Assembly (NCBI GenBank): GCA_045589215.1
Contig: JAZNOQ010000028.1
Coordinates: 1-38,383 of the forward strand
DNA: 38,383 nt
Direction: 5' to 3'
DNA from: Eubacteriales bacterium
Lineage (GTDB): Bacteria; Bacillota; Clostridia; Oscillospirales; CAG-272
Part shown: positions 1 to 8,886 of the stretch, in pieces
Position numbering within the stretch: position 1 is the first letter of the stretch
Layout of the letters: each line of letters starts with the position of its first letter
Program-made: the position numbers and the translations under genes
The notes under the pieces: model-generated
Database searches by the model: none
Told to the model about the DNA's origin: nothing
The model's input: the letters and a program-made list of their open reading frames with translations, nothing else

Positions 1-1
1 C

Positions 2-211
2 AAGGATCTCGCTCTTCTCCACGCTGGTGGTACCCACCAGCACCGGCTGGCCCTTGGCGTGGCATTCCAGTACCTGCTGGATCACCGCGTTGTATTTGCC
101 GTTCACCGTCTTGTACACGGCGTCGGGCAGATCCTTGCGGATGTTGGGCCGGTTGGTGGGGATGGTCACGATGTTCAGACCGTAAATTTCGGTAAACTCG
201 GTGGCCTCGGT
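2..211 (-). other. secA: Internal fragment of preprotein translocase SecA (70 codons, open to the window edge); probably foreign/chimeric sequence
   Basis: Reverse strand reads [70 protein letters not shown], with the SecA motifs IY-x-L-x-V-x-IPTNRP and GQPVLVGT-x-SVEKSE. Similarity stops at nt 211, where the expected upstream GMTGTA is absent. Confidence 0.92.
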
Positions 212-844
212 GCGGTCGCTCCCCTGAACGTCATCGACACCACCATTTGTATGGGTGCCAGCATTTCCTCGCTCCACGGCATTGAGAAGGCGCGCGGACG
301 CGAATTTCTGAACAATTGGGTTGCCGTGATCGGTGACTCGACCTTTCTCCACACGGGTATCAATTCACTCGTGAATATGGTGTACAACAAATCCACCGCC
401 ACCGTGGTGATCCTTGACAACCGTACCACCGGTATGACGGGACATCAGCAGCACGCCGCTACGGGTAAGACGCTAAAGGGCGAAAGCACCTACGCGATCG
501 ACCTTGCGGCACTTTGCCGCAGTGTGGGCGTCTCGCGCGTGCTTGAGATCGATGCATTCGACGTCGTATCTCTTGAAAAGGCGTTCAAGGAAAGCTGTAA
601 CGGAAACGAGCTGACCGTGATCATTGCAAAGGCTCCCTGCGCGCTCCTCAAGGGTCAGGTCTTCCCCTACGTTTGCGAGGTAGATACCGAAAAATGCAAG
701 AAGTGCGGTGCGTGTATGCGCATCGGTTGCCCCGCTCTGACAAAAACGCCCGATGGTATCAAGATCGACCGCACGATGTGTAACGGTTGCGGACTTTGCC
801 AAAGCTACTGCAAATTCAATGCGATCAATAAGGTGGAAAAGTAA
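206..844 (+). CDS. iorA: Indolepyruvate:ferredoxin oxidoreductase alpha subunit, C-terminal part only (5' end replaced by the secA fragment)
   Basis: [24 protein letters not shown]-binding motif [10 protein letters not shown]...[12 protein letters not shown], two C-terminal ferredoxin motifs ([24 protein letters not shown]); abuts iorB. ORF-track residues before nt 206 are just antisense secA. Confidence 0.9.
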   Translation, partial: LGAVAPLNVIDTTICMGASISSLHGIEKARGREFLNNWVAVIGDSTFLHTGINSLVNMVYNKSTATVVILDNRTTGMTGHQQHAATGKTLKGESTYAIDLAALCRSVGVSRVLEIDAFDVVSLEKAFKESCNGNELTVIIAKAPCALLKGQVFPYVCEVDTEKCKKCGACMRIGCPALTKTPDGIKIDRTMCNGCGLCQSYCKFNAINKVEK

Positions 845-1414
845 ATGAAGAATATGAATATTATGGTTGTCGGTGTCGGCGGTCAGGGCACGCTGCTCAC
901 CAGCCGCATCATCGGAAAGACCGCCCTGCAGGCAGGCTACGACGTCAAGCTTTCCGAGGTACACGGCATGGCACAGCGCGGCGGAAGCGTCGTGACCTTC
1001 GTCCGATACGGCGAGCGCGTATTTGAGCCCGTTGTCGAGGAGGGGGATGTGGATATGCTGATCTCCTTTGAGAGACTTGAGGCACTGCGTTACGCACATT
1101 TTCTGAAGAAGGACGGTGTCATCGTCGTCAACGATTGCCGTATAGATCCCATGACCGTCGTGATCGGTGCAAAGGAGTACCCCTCGGAGATCCTTGAGGG
1201 ACTTGAAAAGGACCACGAGGTACACGCAGTCAACGGAAACGAGATCGCGATCTCTCTCGGAAACAGCAAAGTGCTGAACTCCGTGGTGCTCGGTCTCGCC
1301 GCGCGTTTCCTTCCCTTTTCGAAGGAGGATTGGCTTTCTATGATCGAAAAAACCGTTCCCCCGAAGACCGTGGCACTCAACCAGAAGGCCTTCCTCGCGG
1401 GATACGAAAAATAA
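845..1414 (+). CDS. iorB: Indolepyruvate:ferredoxin oxidoreductase beta subunit
   Basis: GVGGQGTLL and SEVHGMAQRGGSV motifs, 189 aa, directly after iorA. Confidence 0.93.
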   Translation: MKNMNIMVVGVGGQGTLLTSRIIGKTALQAGYDVKLSEVHGMAQRGGSVVTFVRYGERVFEPVVEEGDVDMLISFERLEALRYAHFLKKDGVIVVNDCRIDPMTVVIGAKEYPSEILEGLEKDHEVHAVNGNEIAISLGNSKVLNSVVLGLAARFLPFSKEDWLSMIEKTVPPKTVALNQKAFLAGYEK

Positions 1415-1423
1415 GGAGCATTT

Positions 1424-2722
1424 ATGATCTGGAACGAAACCAAAGAATGTATGAGCCGCGATCAGATGACCGCCCTGCAGAGTGTGCGTCTGGTCAAGCT
1501 GGTGGATTACGTTTATCACAATGTGGATTTCTACCGCAAAAAGATGCAGGAGCTCGGTCTGCTCCCCGGTGACATCAAAGGCATCGAGGACATTGTAAAG
1601 CTTCCCTTCACCACGAAGGACGACCTGCGCGACAACTACCCCTTCGGACTTTTTGCCGTTCCGCAGTCGCAGATCGTGCGTGTACACGCATCGAGCGGCA
1701 CGACGGGCAAGGCAACCGTCGTCGGTTACACGCGCCGCGACCTTGACATTTGGTCGGAATGTGTGGCGCGTTGCCTCACGATGGCAGGTGTCACGAAATC
1801 CGATATCATTCAGATCGCCTACGGCTACGGCCTCTTTACGGGCGGTCTCGGTGCGCACGGCGGTGCGGAAAAGATCGGTGCGATGGTCGTTCCGATGAGC
1901 ACGGGCAACTCCAAAAAGCTGACCACGATGATGCTCGATTTCGGCGCGACCGCCATCGCCTGCACCCCCTCCTATCTGCTTCACCTCTCCGAGCTGCTTG
2001 CCGAGGAGGGCGCGATCGAACAGCTGAAGCTGAAAAAAGCGATCTGCGGTGCAGAGCCCTGGACCGAGAATATGCGCCACGAGGTCGAGCAGCGTCTCGG
2101 CATCAAGGCGTATGATATCTACGGTCTCAGCGAGGTCATGGGTCCCGGCGTTGCCTGCGACTGTGATGCACACGCAGGCCTCCACGTCTGTGAGGATCAC
2201 TTCTATCCCGAGATCATCAATTCCGCAACGATGATGCCCGCCGCAGACGGCGAAACGGGCGAGCTTGTATTCACCACGCTTACGAAGGAAGGGCTTCCCC
2301 TCCTGCGTTACCGCACCAAGGATCTGACCAGCATCGATCGCACGCCCTGCTCCTGCGGCAGAACGAGCGCGCGCATCAGCCGCTTCAAGGGACGCGTGGA
2401 CGATATGCTCATCATCCGCGGAGTCAACGTTTTCCCGAGCCAGGTCGAAGCCGCACTGCTTGAGGTGGAGGAGGTCTCGCCGCACTACATGATGATCGTT
2501 GACCGTGTCAACAATCTTGACACGCTGGAGATCCAGGTCGAGATCGATCCGAAGCACATTCCCGACGAGATCCGCGGTCTTGAGAACCTCACAAAGAAGG
2601 TCGGCCACGTGATCATGCAGGCACTCGGTCTGAACGCCAAGATCAAGCTGGTCGAACCCCAGACACTGAAGCGCAGTGAGGGCAAGGCCGTCCACGTGAT
2701 CGACAACCGCAAGCTCTACTGA
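1424..2722 (+). CDS. paaK: Phenylacetate-CoA ligase
   Basis: [31 protein letters not shown]-loop, [40 protein letters not shown]; RBS AAGGAG. Confidence 0.93.
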   Translation: MIWNETKECMSRDQMTALQSVRLVKLVDYVYHNVDFYRKKMQELGLLPGDIKGIEDIVKLPFTTKDDLRDNYPFGLFAVPQSQIVRVHASSGTTGKATVVGYTRRDLDIWSECVARCLTMAGVTKSDIIQIAYGYGLFTGGLGAHGGAEKIGAMVVPMSTGNSKKLTTMMLDFGATAIACTPSYLLHLSELLAEEGAIEQLKLKKAICGAEPWTENMRHEVEQRLGIKAYDIYGLSEVMGPGVACDCDAHAGLHVCEDHFYPEIINSATMMPAADGETGELVFTTLTKEGLPLLRYRTKDLTSIDRTPCSCGRTSARISRFKGRVDDMLIIRGVNVFPSQVEAALLEVEEVSPHYMMIVDRVNNLDTLEIQVEIDPKHIPDEIRGLENLTKKVGHVIMQALGLNAKIKLVEPQTLKRSEGKAVHVIDNRKLY

Positions 2723-2770
2723 TTTTAAATTTTATTTGTGCCGCTCCGATGCGGCAGAATGGAGATTATT

Positions 2771-3199
2771 ATGGCTGCAAAACAACTTTCCGTTTTTATT
2801 GAAAACCGTCAGGGACGCCTCGGTGAGGTCCTGAACGTTCTGAAGGAAAACAGCGTTAACATCCTGTCCCTGAGCCTTGCCGATACCACCGAATACGGTC
2901 TGCTCCGTCTGATCGTGAACCACCCCGAGCTTTGCAAGGAGAAGCTCTCGGAAAGCGGCTTTTCCACGATGCTGACCGACGTCCTGATCGTCAAGATCTC
3001 GCACAAGTCGGGCAGTCTGCAGAAGCTGATGGAGATCCTTGCAAAAAACAACATCAGCGTTGAATATATGTACGGCCTGTCGATCGACGGTGCGGAAGCA
3101 TCCGTTGTCATCAAGACCTCGGATCTTGCCTCTGCCGAGAAGATCTTCTCGGACTATGGCACCTCGTTCCTCTCCTCCGAGGACGTTGCAAATATGTAA
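2771..3199 (+). CDS. Tandem ACT-domain (amino-acid-binding) protein
   Basis: KQLSVFIENRQGRLGEVLNVL...NILSLSLADTTEYGLLRLIV, the ACT family usually found next to paaK/iorAB; RBS GGAG before ATG 2771. Confidence 0.85.
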   Translation: MAAKQLSVFIENRQGRLGEVLNVLKENSVNILSLSLADTTEYGLLRLIVNHPELCKEKLSESGFSTMLTDVLIVKISHKSGSLQKLMEILAKNNISVEYMYGLSIDGAEASVVIKTSDLASAEKIFSDYGTSFLSSEDVANM

Positions 3200-3216
3200 T
3201 ACGGGGTTATAGGACG

Positions 3217-4407
3217 ATGCAGTACAACGAAAAAATGTACGGTCTCGGCAGCCGCCGCTCGGTGATCCGTGAGATCTTTGAGTACAGCAAGAAGCGCGCC
3301 GCTGAGATCGGTGCGGATCGCGTGTTTGATTTCAGCCTCGGCAACCCGAGCGTCGAACCGCCGCGCGCGATCTCCGATACCATAAAGGATCTGCTCGAAA
3401 ACGCAGACTCTACCCTTCTGCACGGATATACCTCCGCGCAGGGTGACGCGAACGTGCGTGCCGCGATCGCGGGACATATCGAAAAATGCCACGGTGTGAA
3501 GATCTCCCCGAACCTGATCTATATGACCTGCGGAGCCGCCGCATCCCTCACCGTCACCCTGAAGGCGATCGTAAACGAGGGGGACGAATGCATCGTGTTC
3601 GCGCCCTTCTTCACCGAATATCGCGTATTTGCAGAAAACGCGGGAGCGACGCTTGTGGTATCCACTCCGATGGAAAAGACCTTCCAGGTCGATCTTTCCG
3701 ACTTTGAAAAGAGGATCACCGAAAAAACCAAGGCTGTGATCGTCAATTCCCCGAACAACCCCTCGGGTGTGGTCTATTCCGAGGAGACCGTCCGCGGCAT
3801 TTGCGAGATCCTTCAGCGGAAGTCGCGCGAGATCGGACACGCCATCTATCTGATTGCTGACGAACCCTATCGCGAGCTTGTTTACGGTGACGTATCGGTT
3901 CCGTATCTGATGAATTATTACGAGAACACCTTCGTGTGCTACTCCTATTCGAAGTCGCTCTCCCTTCCGGGCGAACGCATCGGATACATCGCCGTTTCTC
4001 CGATGATGCAGGATGCGGATAAGCTGTATCTCGCCGTTTGCGGCGCGGGACGCTCACTCGGCTTCGTCTGTGCGCCGAGCCTGTTTCAGCAGGTGGTCGG
4101 ACGCAACGTGGACGTCACCGTCAACGTGGACGTTTACAAGGAGAACCGCGACCTTTTGCTCGAAAGCCTTACCTCCTACGGCTATGAATGCGTAAAGCCC
4201 GACGGTGCCTTCTACCTTTTCGTGAAGGCGCTCGAGGACGATGCTGCTGCATTCTGTGAAAAAGCAAAGAAGCACGAGATCCTTGTCGTGCCCTGCGACG
4301 ACTTCGGTGTCAAGGGCTACGTCCGTATCGCCTACTGTGTGGACAAGGGACGCATTGAGCGCGCTTTGCCCGCCTTCAAGGCGCTTGCTGAGGAATATCG
4401 GAAGTAA
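3217..4407 (+). CDS. PLP-dependent aminotransferase class I/II (aspartate/aromatic aminotransferase-like)
   Basis: FSLGNP, NSPNNPSG, ADEPY, SYSKSLSLPGERIG (PLP lysine), GAFYLF, YVRIAY. Confidence 0.9.
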   Translation: MQYNEKMYGLGSRRSVIREIFEYSKKRAAEIGADRVFDFSLGNPSVEPPRAISDTIKDLLENADSTLLHGYTSAQGDANVRAAIAGHIEKCHGVKISPNLIYMTCGAAASLTVTLKAIVNEGDECIVFAPFFTEYRVFAENAGATLVVSTPMEKTFQVDLSDFEKRITEKTKAVIVNSPNNPSGVVYSEETVRGICEILQRKSREIGHAIYLIADEPYRELVYGDVSVPYLMNYYENTFVCYSYSKSLSLPGERIGYIAVSPMMQDADKLYLAVCGAGRSLGFVCAPSLFQQVVGRNVDVTVNVDVYKENRDLLLESLTSYGYECVKPDGAFYLFVKALEDDAAAFCEKAKKHEILVVPCDDFGVKGYVRIAYCVDKGRIERALPAFKALAEEYRK

Positions 4408-4423
4408 TGCCAAAAAATATTAT

Positions 4424-4460
4424 ACGGGCTGTTTCAATGAGACAGCCCGTGCTTTTATTT
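4424..4460 (+). terminator. Intrinsic terminator of the ior-paaK operon
   Basis: ACGGGCTGTTTC-AAT-GAGACAGCCCGT stem followed by GCTTTTATTT. Confidence 0.8.
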
Positions 4461-4532
4461 GCTTTCGAATATGCTCTTTTTTGTAAATTTTTCTCGTTTG
4501 GGGTCAAATACTGAAAAAATTTACAAAACCTT

Positions 4533-4562
4533 TAGACGGAGTTAAGGGATACGGAGTATAAT
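4533..4562 (+). promoter_or_regulatory. Probable sigma-A promoter of the HtrA-like gene
   Basis: TAGACG-18 nt-TATAAT. Confidence 0.5.
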
Positions 4563-4641
4563 TCGGATGAATTCACGGTACGGCCTCCGCGCAGAAAAAA
4601 GCACGGGCGTGTCCCCGTACCGAAAGAAAGGAATACTGATT

Positions 4642-5982
4642 ATGAAACAAAACAAAAAAAGCTTTCGCGCGATCTCCTTTGTTTTGCTGCTTTGCATACT
4701 TCTCGCTTCCCTCTCCCTCGTTTCCTGCTCAACCTTCACATACGGGCTGTTCTCCTTCGACGGTGACCTTTCCGAGAACGAGGAGAAGGAGACCACGGGA
4801 ACGAATATCGGCGGCGGGATAAGCAATGGCGGCACCGCTACGGGTAATCCCACGGGCGGCACGAGCGTTACGATCGTAAACGACGGATCGGAAGGCGTTG
4901 CCTTTGCCGCGGCACAAGGCCTTCGCTCGGCGGTCAGCATCTACTGCACCTTCGAAATGACGACGGGCGGCAATTCCTTCTGGAATCCCATTCCGTCGAC
5001 ACAGACCTACTACACCACGGGCTCGGGCGTGATCTATAAGCTCGGTGCGGACGGAAGCGCATTTATCGTCACCAATTACCACGTTATATATGACAGTAAC
5101 AGCAATACGGAAACCCACGTCAGCGATAAGATCTACGTTTATCTCTACGGAATGGAGGACGAGGCGTACGCAATTCCCGCGTCCTTCGTGGGCGGCTCTG
5201 CGAATTACGACATTGCCGTTTTGCGTGTCGACAAGAGCGAGGTTTTGAAGAACGCATACGCGAACGGCAGTGCGGCTGCCGTAACGGTCGGTGACTCCGA
5301 CAAGGTCTTCCCCGGCACGACCACCCTCGCGATCGGTAACCCATCTGCGACCGATCTCGGTGGAATTTCGGTCACGAGAGGTATCGTCAGTGTGGATTCC
5401 GAATACATCACGATGACGGCAAGCGACAACTCGGGGGAGGTATCCTTCCGCGTGATCCGCACCGATACGCCCGTCAATGCGGGAAACTCGGGCGGCGGGC
5501 TCTTCAACGATAAGGGCGAGCTGATCGGCATCATCAACGCAAAGATCACAAGCACGCAGATCGAGAGCATCGGATACGCAATTCCCTCGAGTGTCGCGCG
5601 TGCAATTGCCGATAACATCATCGATTACTGCTACGGAAAGGACTGCACGTCGGTGATGCGCGGCATTCTCGGCGTTACGATCACAACGACCGCGCACTCG
5701 ACCGTCTACGACACCGAAAGCGGTATGCTCGTGCGTGTTGAGGAGATCAGCGTACACGAGGTCACAAGCGGAGGACTTGCCGAGGGCATCCTCCGGGCGA
5801 ATGACGTCATTAAGAGCATCACGATCGGAGAGAAGACCGTGTCCGTCACCCGTCAGCATCACCTGATCGACGCGATGCTTGACGTACGCGTCGGGGACAC
5901 CGTTTCGATCACGGTCGTGCGCGACGGCGTTGAAGCAACGGTCTCGACGACCATCACCGAGGGTTGTCTCACGAAGTATTGA
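4642..5982 (+). CDS. HtrA/DegP-like trypsin serine protease with PDZ domain, probable lipoprotein
   Basis: Triad motifs VTNYHV, YDIAVL, VNAGNSGGGL; C-terminal PDZ (GILGVT...DVIKSI...VGDTVSITVVRDG); signal ending LVSC; RBS AAAGGA before ATG 4642. Confidence 0.88.
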   Translation: MKQNKKSFRAISFVLLLCILLASLSLVSCSTFTYGLFSFDGDLSENEEKETTGTNIGGGISNGGTATGNPTGGTSVTIVNDGSEGVAFAAAQGLRSAVSIYCTFEMTTGGNSFWNPIPSTQTYYTTGSGVIYKLGADGSAFIVTNYHVIYDSNSNTETHVSDKIYVYLYGMEDEAYAIPASFVGGSANYDIAVLRVDKSEVLKNAYANGSAAAVTVGDSDKVFPGTTTLAIGNPSATDLGGISVTRGIVSVDSEYITMTASDNSGEVSFRVIRTDTPVNAGNSGGGLFNDKGELIGIINAKITSTQIESIGYAIPSSVARAIADNIIDYCYGKDCTSVMRGILGVTITTTAHSTVYDTESGMLVRVEEISVHEVTSGGLAEGILRANDVIKSITIGEKTVSVTRQHHLIDAMLDVRVGDTVSITVVRDGVEATVSTTITEGCLTKY

Positions 5983-5998
5983 TATATCCAAAGAGAGC

Positions 5999-6031
5999 AA
6001 AAAGGACTGAGCCGCATGACTCAGTCCTTTT
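5999..6031. terminator. Bidirectional terminator between the protease and the chelatase operon
   Basis: AAAAGGACTGAG-8 nt-CTCAGTCCTTTT with A/T tracts on both sides, between convergent stops. Confidence 0.85.
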
Positions 6032-6035
6032 CTAT

Positions 6036-7874
6036 TTACCGAACACCCATAAAGTCCTTGACGCGGCGCTCGATCTCGCCGCCCGACAGCTCGGACAGCT
6101 TCACGTATTCGCATCCCGATCTTTCTGCGAGCTTTTTTGCAAGCTCGAAGCGGATGCGTCCGGTTTCGGTATCAAGAAGAAGCAGATTGATCTTCTCCCC
6201 GACGATGCGCGAGGCGATCTCCACCGCCTCCTCGAAGGGATCTCCCCCCGCCATCGAGACGTTTGCACGCCCGTCCGACAGCAGGATGATATACGGAAGG
6301 ATCTCCTTATTCCGCGCCCGCGCCGCCTTTAAGAGCTCGTACGACCGTGTCAGCCCTGCCGAAAGCGGCGTTTTTCCGCCTGTTCTCATTGAGGAAAGGC
6401 ATTTTGTCGCAAGGTCGACGCTTCGCGTGAGGGGCAGAACGAGCCTCGCGTCCTCTCCGCGGAAGGTGAGGATCCCCACCGTGTCGCGCTTCTGATACGC
6501 GTCGGTCAGAAGAGAAAGGACTGCTCCCTTCACCGCCGCCATACGCTTTCCGACGCCCATCGAGGCGCTTGCATCCACACAGAATAAGATCGTCGCACCC
6601 GTGCGCTGCTCGCGCACCTTCTCCCTGATGTCGGAGCTTCGCACCGTCACAGCAAGCGTTTCGCCCTCTCGTTTCGGATGAAGAACTGCCTGACGGATCG
6701 TCGCGTCGAGTGCGATATCGCGTGCCTTTTCCTTCGGAATACGGTCGCGGATATAGCGTCCGCGCGCCGTACCGCTTCTGACCTTGGCACGCTTTCCGCT
6801 TCCCGATGCGCTTTTTGCCTCCACGAAACGAAGCTCAAGCGGAATGCTTTCGATCTCCTCGACATCGCTTCCGCTGTCGCGGTCTGCACCGCTTTGCGGC
6901 GTGCTTTGGCTCGACTGCATTTCGGGCTCCTTCAGCTCCTGCTCCGAGTGCCGCTCGGGCGGCTCGCTTTCACTCTGCTCCTCGGGGGGCATCTCCTCCT
7001 CGAAATTCGGAGGCGGAAGCTCGATCGCTTCGCGGATGCGGTGCGGAAGCACGTACTGTGCGGCTTCTCGGATCTCGTTTTCATGGACCTCGGTGTGTCC
7101 GTCGAGTGCTGCGATCGCGCGCGCCGTCTCGGTGAGGATCAATTCGGCGCGGTGTCCCGCGCAGTTGCCCGTTCGGGCAAGCTCTGCCGAAAAGCGCAAT
7201 GCATCCTCCCCGACCTCTACCGAGGGTAGCAGCATTACTGCCGCTTCGACCTTTTCGCGCAGTGCATCGGTCTCCTTTTGCCACGACGCGCGGAAGGCGA
7301 TCGGATCGTTTTCATAAAGCAGCCGTCTCCGCAGCACCTCGCATCGCTTCGCGGGATCCTTTTCGCCCGACACCGCAACGTACATTCCGAAGCGGTCGAG
7401 CAGATGCCCCCGTAGCTGTCCCTCCTCGGGGTTCATCGTACCGATGAGCGCAAAGCGCGCGGGCTGTTCCTCGGAAAGTCCTTCTCTTTCAATGCGATTT
7501 ACGCCGCTTGAGGAGACCTCGAGAAGGATATTCGCAATATGCTCGGAGAGAAGATTGATCTCGTCCACGTAAAGAATGTTTCCGTCTGCCTCTGAGAGGA
7601 TCCCGCGCTCGGACGCGCGCCGCCCCTCCTTCATCATCGCCTCGACGTCAATGCTTCCGACAAGTCGGTCGGCGGTGACGTTCAGCGGAAGCTCACAAAG
7701 CCGCCGCGACGGAAAAAGCTCGGGCAGTCCCCTGACAAGCGTCGATTTCGCACTTCCCTTTTCTCCGCTCACAAGCACGCCGCCGATCCTCGGATGGACG
7801 AGGCAAAGGAGAAGAGCTCGCTTGAGCTTTTCCTGCCCGACGACTGCGCTGAAGGGATAAACCTCAGATCTCAT
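6036..7874 (-). CDS. Class I chelatase D subunit (ChlD/BchD-like): AAA+ module, acidic Pro-rich linker, vWA domain
   Basis: [36 protein letters not shown], linker [48 protein letters not shown]. Start ATG 7874 overlaps the chlI-like stop. Confidence 0.9.
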   Translation of the reverse strand: MRSEVYPFSAVVGQEKLKRALLLCLVHPRIGGVLVSGEKGSAKSTLVRGLPELFPSRRLCELPLNVTADRLVGSIDVEAMMKEGRRASERGILSEADGNILYVDEINLLSEHIANILLEVSSSGVNRIEREGLSEEQPARFALIGTMNPEEGQLRGHLLDRFGMYVAVSGEKDPAKRCEVLRRRLLYENDPIAFRASWQKETDALREKVEAAVMLLPSVEVGEDALRFSAELARTGNCAGHRAELILTETARAIAALDGHTEVHENEIREAAQYVLPHRIREAIELPPPNFEEEMPPEEQSESEPPERHSEQELKEPEMQSSQSTPQSGADRDSGSDVEEIESIPLELRFVEAKSASGSGKRAKVRSGTARGRYIRDRIPKEKARDIALDATIRQAVLHPKREGETLAVTVRSSDIREKVREQRTGATILFCVDASASMGVGKRMAAVKGAVLSLLTDAYQKRDTVGILTFRGEDARLVLPLTRSVDLATKCLSSMRTGGKTPLSAGLTRSYELLKAARARNKEILPYIILLSDGRANVSMAGGDPFEEAVEIASRIVGEKINLLLLDTETGRIRFELAKKLAERSGCEYVKLSELSGGEIERRVKDFMGVR

Positions 7875-8886
7875 AGGCTTCGATGCGTGCGTAGATCTCG
7901 TCAAGGTCGATCACGCCCTCCTCAAACGGACGGCGGCGCATTCTGTGCGGAAGCGCAAGGCGCGCGGCAACGAGAATATCTTCCTTTTCAACGCGGTCGC
8001 TTCCTCTGTACGCGGCGTTTGCGATCGCCGCCTTCAGCACGGTGATATCGGCGCGGTGACCGTCCACACCGATCGCGATCGCAAGCTCGGCAACTGCAAG
8101 GAGGCAGGCATCCGAATACGTAACGCCCGAAAGTCGCTCCTGTGCCTCCTTGATGCGGCGTCCAAGCGCTTCCTGCTCGTCCGTATAGCTCTCTACAAAG
8201 GCATCGGGATCGCTTTCAAAGGAAAGCCGTCTCTTGACAATCTCCATTCTCTGCCTCGTGTCACTCTCACCCGCGACGTCGACAACAAGTCCGAAGCGGT
8301 CGAGAAGCTGGGGACGAAGATCGCCCTCCTCGGGGTTCATCGTTCCGATCAGGACAAAGCGCGACGGATGTGCGTAGGAGATGCCCTCACGCTCGATCGA
8401 ATTCACGCCCATCGCGGCGGCGTCAAGCAGAAGGTCGACGACGTGATCGTCGAGAAGATTGACCTCGTCCACGTAGAGGATATTGCGGTTCGCATCGGCA
8501 AGGATGCCCGCTTCAAAGCGTTTTTCTCCGTGCTTCAGGGCGTGCTCAATGTCGACCGTTCCGACAACGCGGTCCTCGGTCGCACTGACGGGCAGGTTTA
8601 CGACGCGCATCCGCCCTTTCTTACTCGTTCTCTCTCCCCGCGCGCGGCACTCCTCACAAAGGTGGGACGGATCCTCGGGATCGCAGGAAAAACGGCATCC
8701 CTCGACCTCCTGTCGGATCGGCATCACGTCTGCAAGGGCGCGAACGGCGGTCGATTTCGCCGTTCCCTTTTCTCCGCGGATCAGCACGCCGCCGATGCTC
8801 GGCGAAATGACGTTCAGAATGAGCGCTCTTTTCATATCCTCCTGCCCTACAATGGCAGAAAAGGGGTAGTTCGGTTGTTTCTTCAT
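7864..8886 (-). CDS. Class I chelatase I subunit (ChlI/BchI-like AAA+ ATPase)
   Basis: [10 protein letters not shown], Walker [22 protein letters not shown], Walker [44 protein letters not shown]; ATGA-coupled to the upstream gene. Confidence 0.93.
   Translation of the reverse strand: MKKQPNYPFSAIVGQEDMKRALILNVISPSIGGVLIRGEKGTAKSTAVRALADVMPIRQEVEGCRFSCDPEDPSHLCEECRARGERTSKKGRMRVVNLPVSATEDRVVGTVDIEHALKHGEKRFEAGILADANRNILYVDEVNLLDDHVVDLLLDAAAMGVNSIEREGISYAHPSRFVLIGTMNPEEGDLRPQLLDRFGLVVDVAGESDTRQRMEIVKRRLSFESDPDAFVESYTDEQEALGRRIKEAQERLSGVTYSDACLLAVAELAIAIGVDGHRADITVLKAAIANAAYRGSDRVEKEDILVAARLALPHRMRRRPFEEGVIDLDEIYARIEAYEI

Noticed and set aside
59-205. Apparent novel N-terminus of IorA in the ORF track
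   Set aside because: It is the reverse complement of secA coding sequence, not a real domain.
473-2695. 740-aa antisense ORF, and similar long shadows (4729-6114, 19331-20491, 25582-26673, 27258-28349, 29403-30914)
   Set aside because: They lie opposite well-supported genes, lack RBSs and motifs, and are expected from GC-rich codon bias that removes antisense stops.
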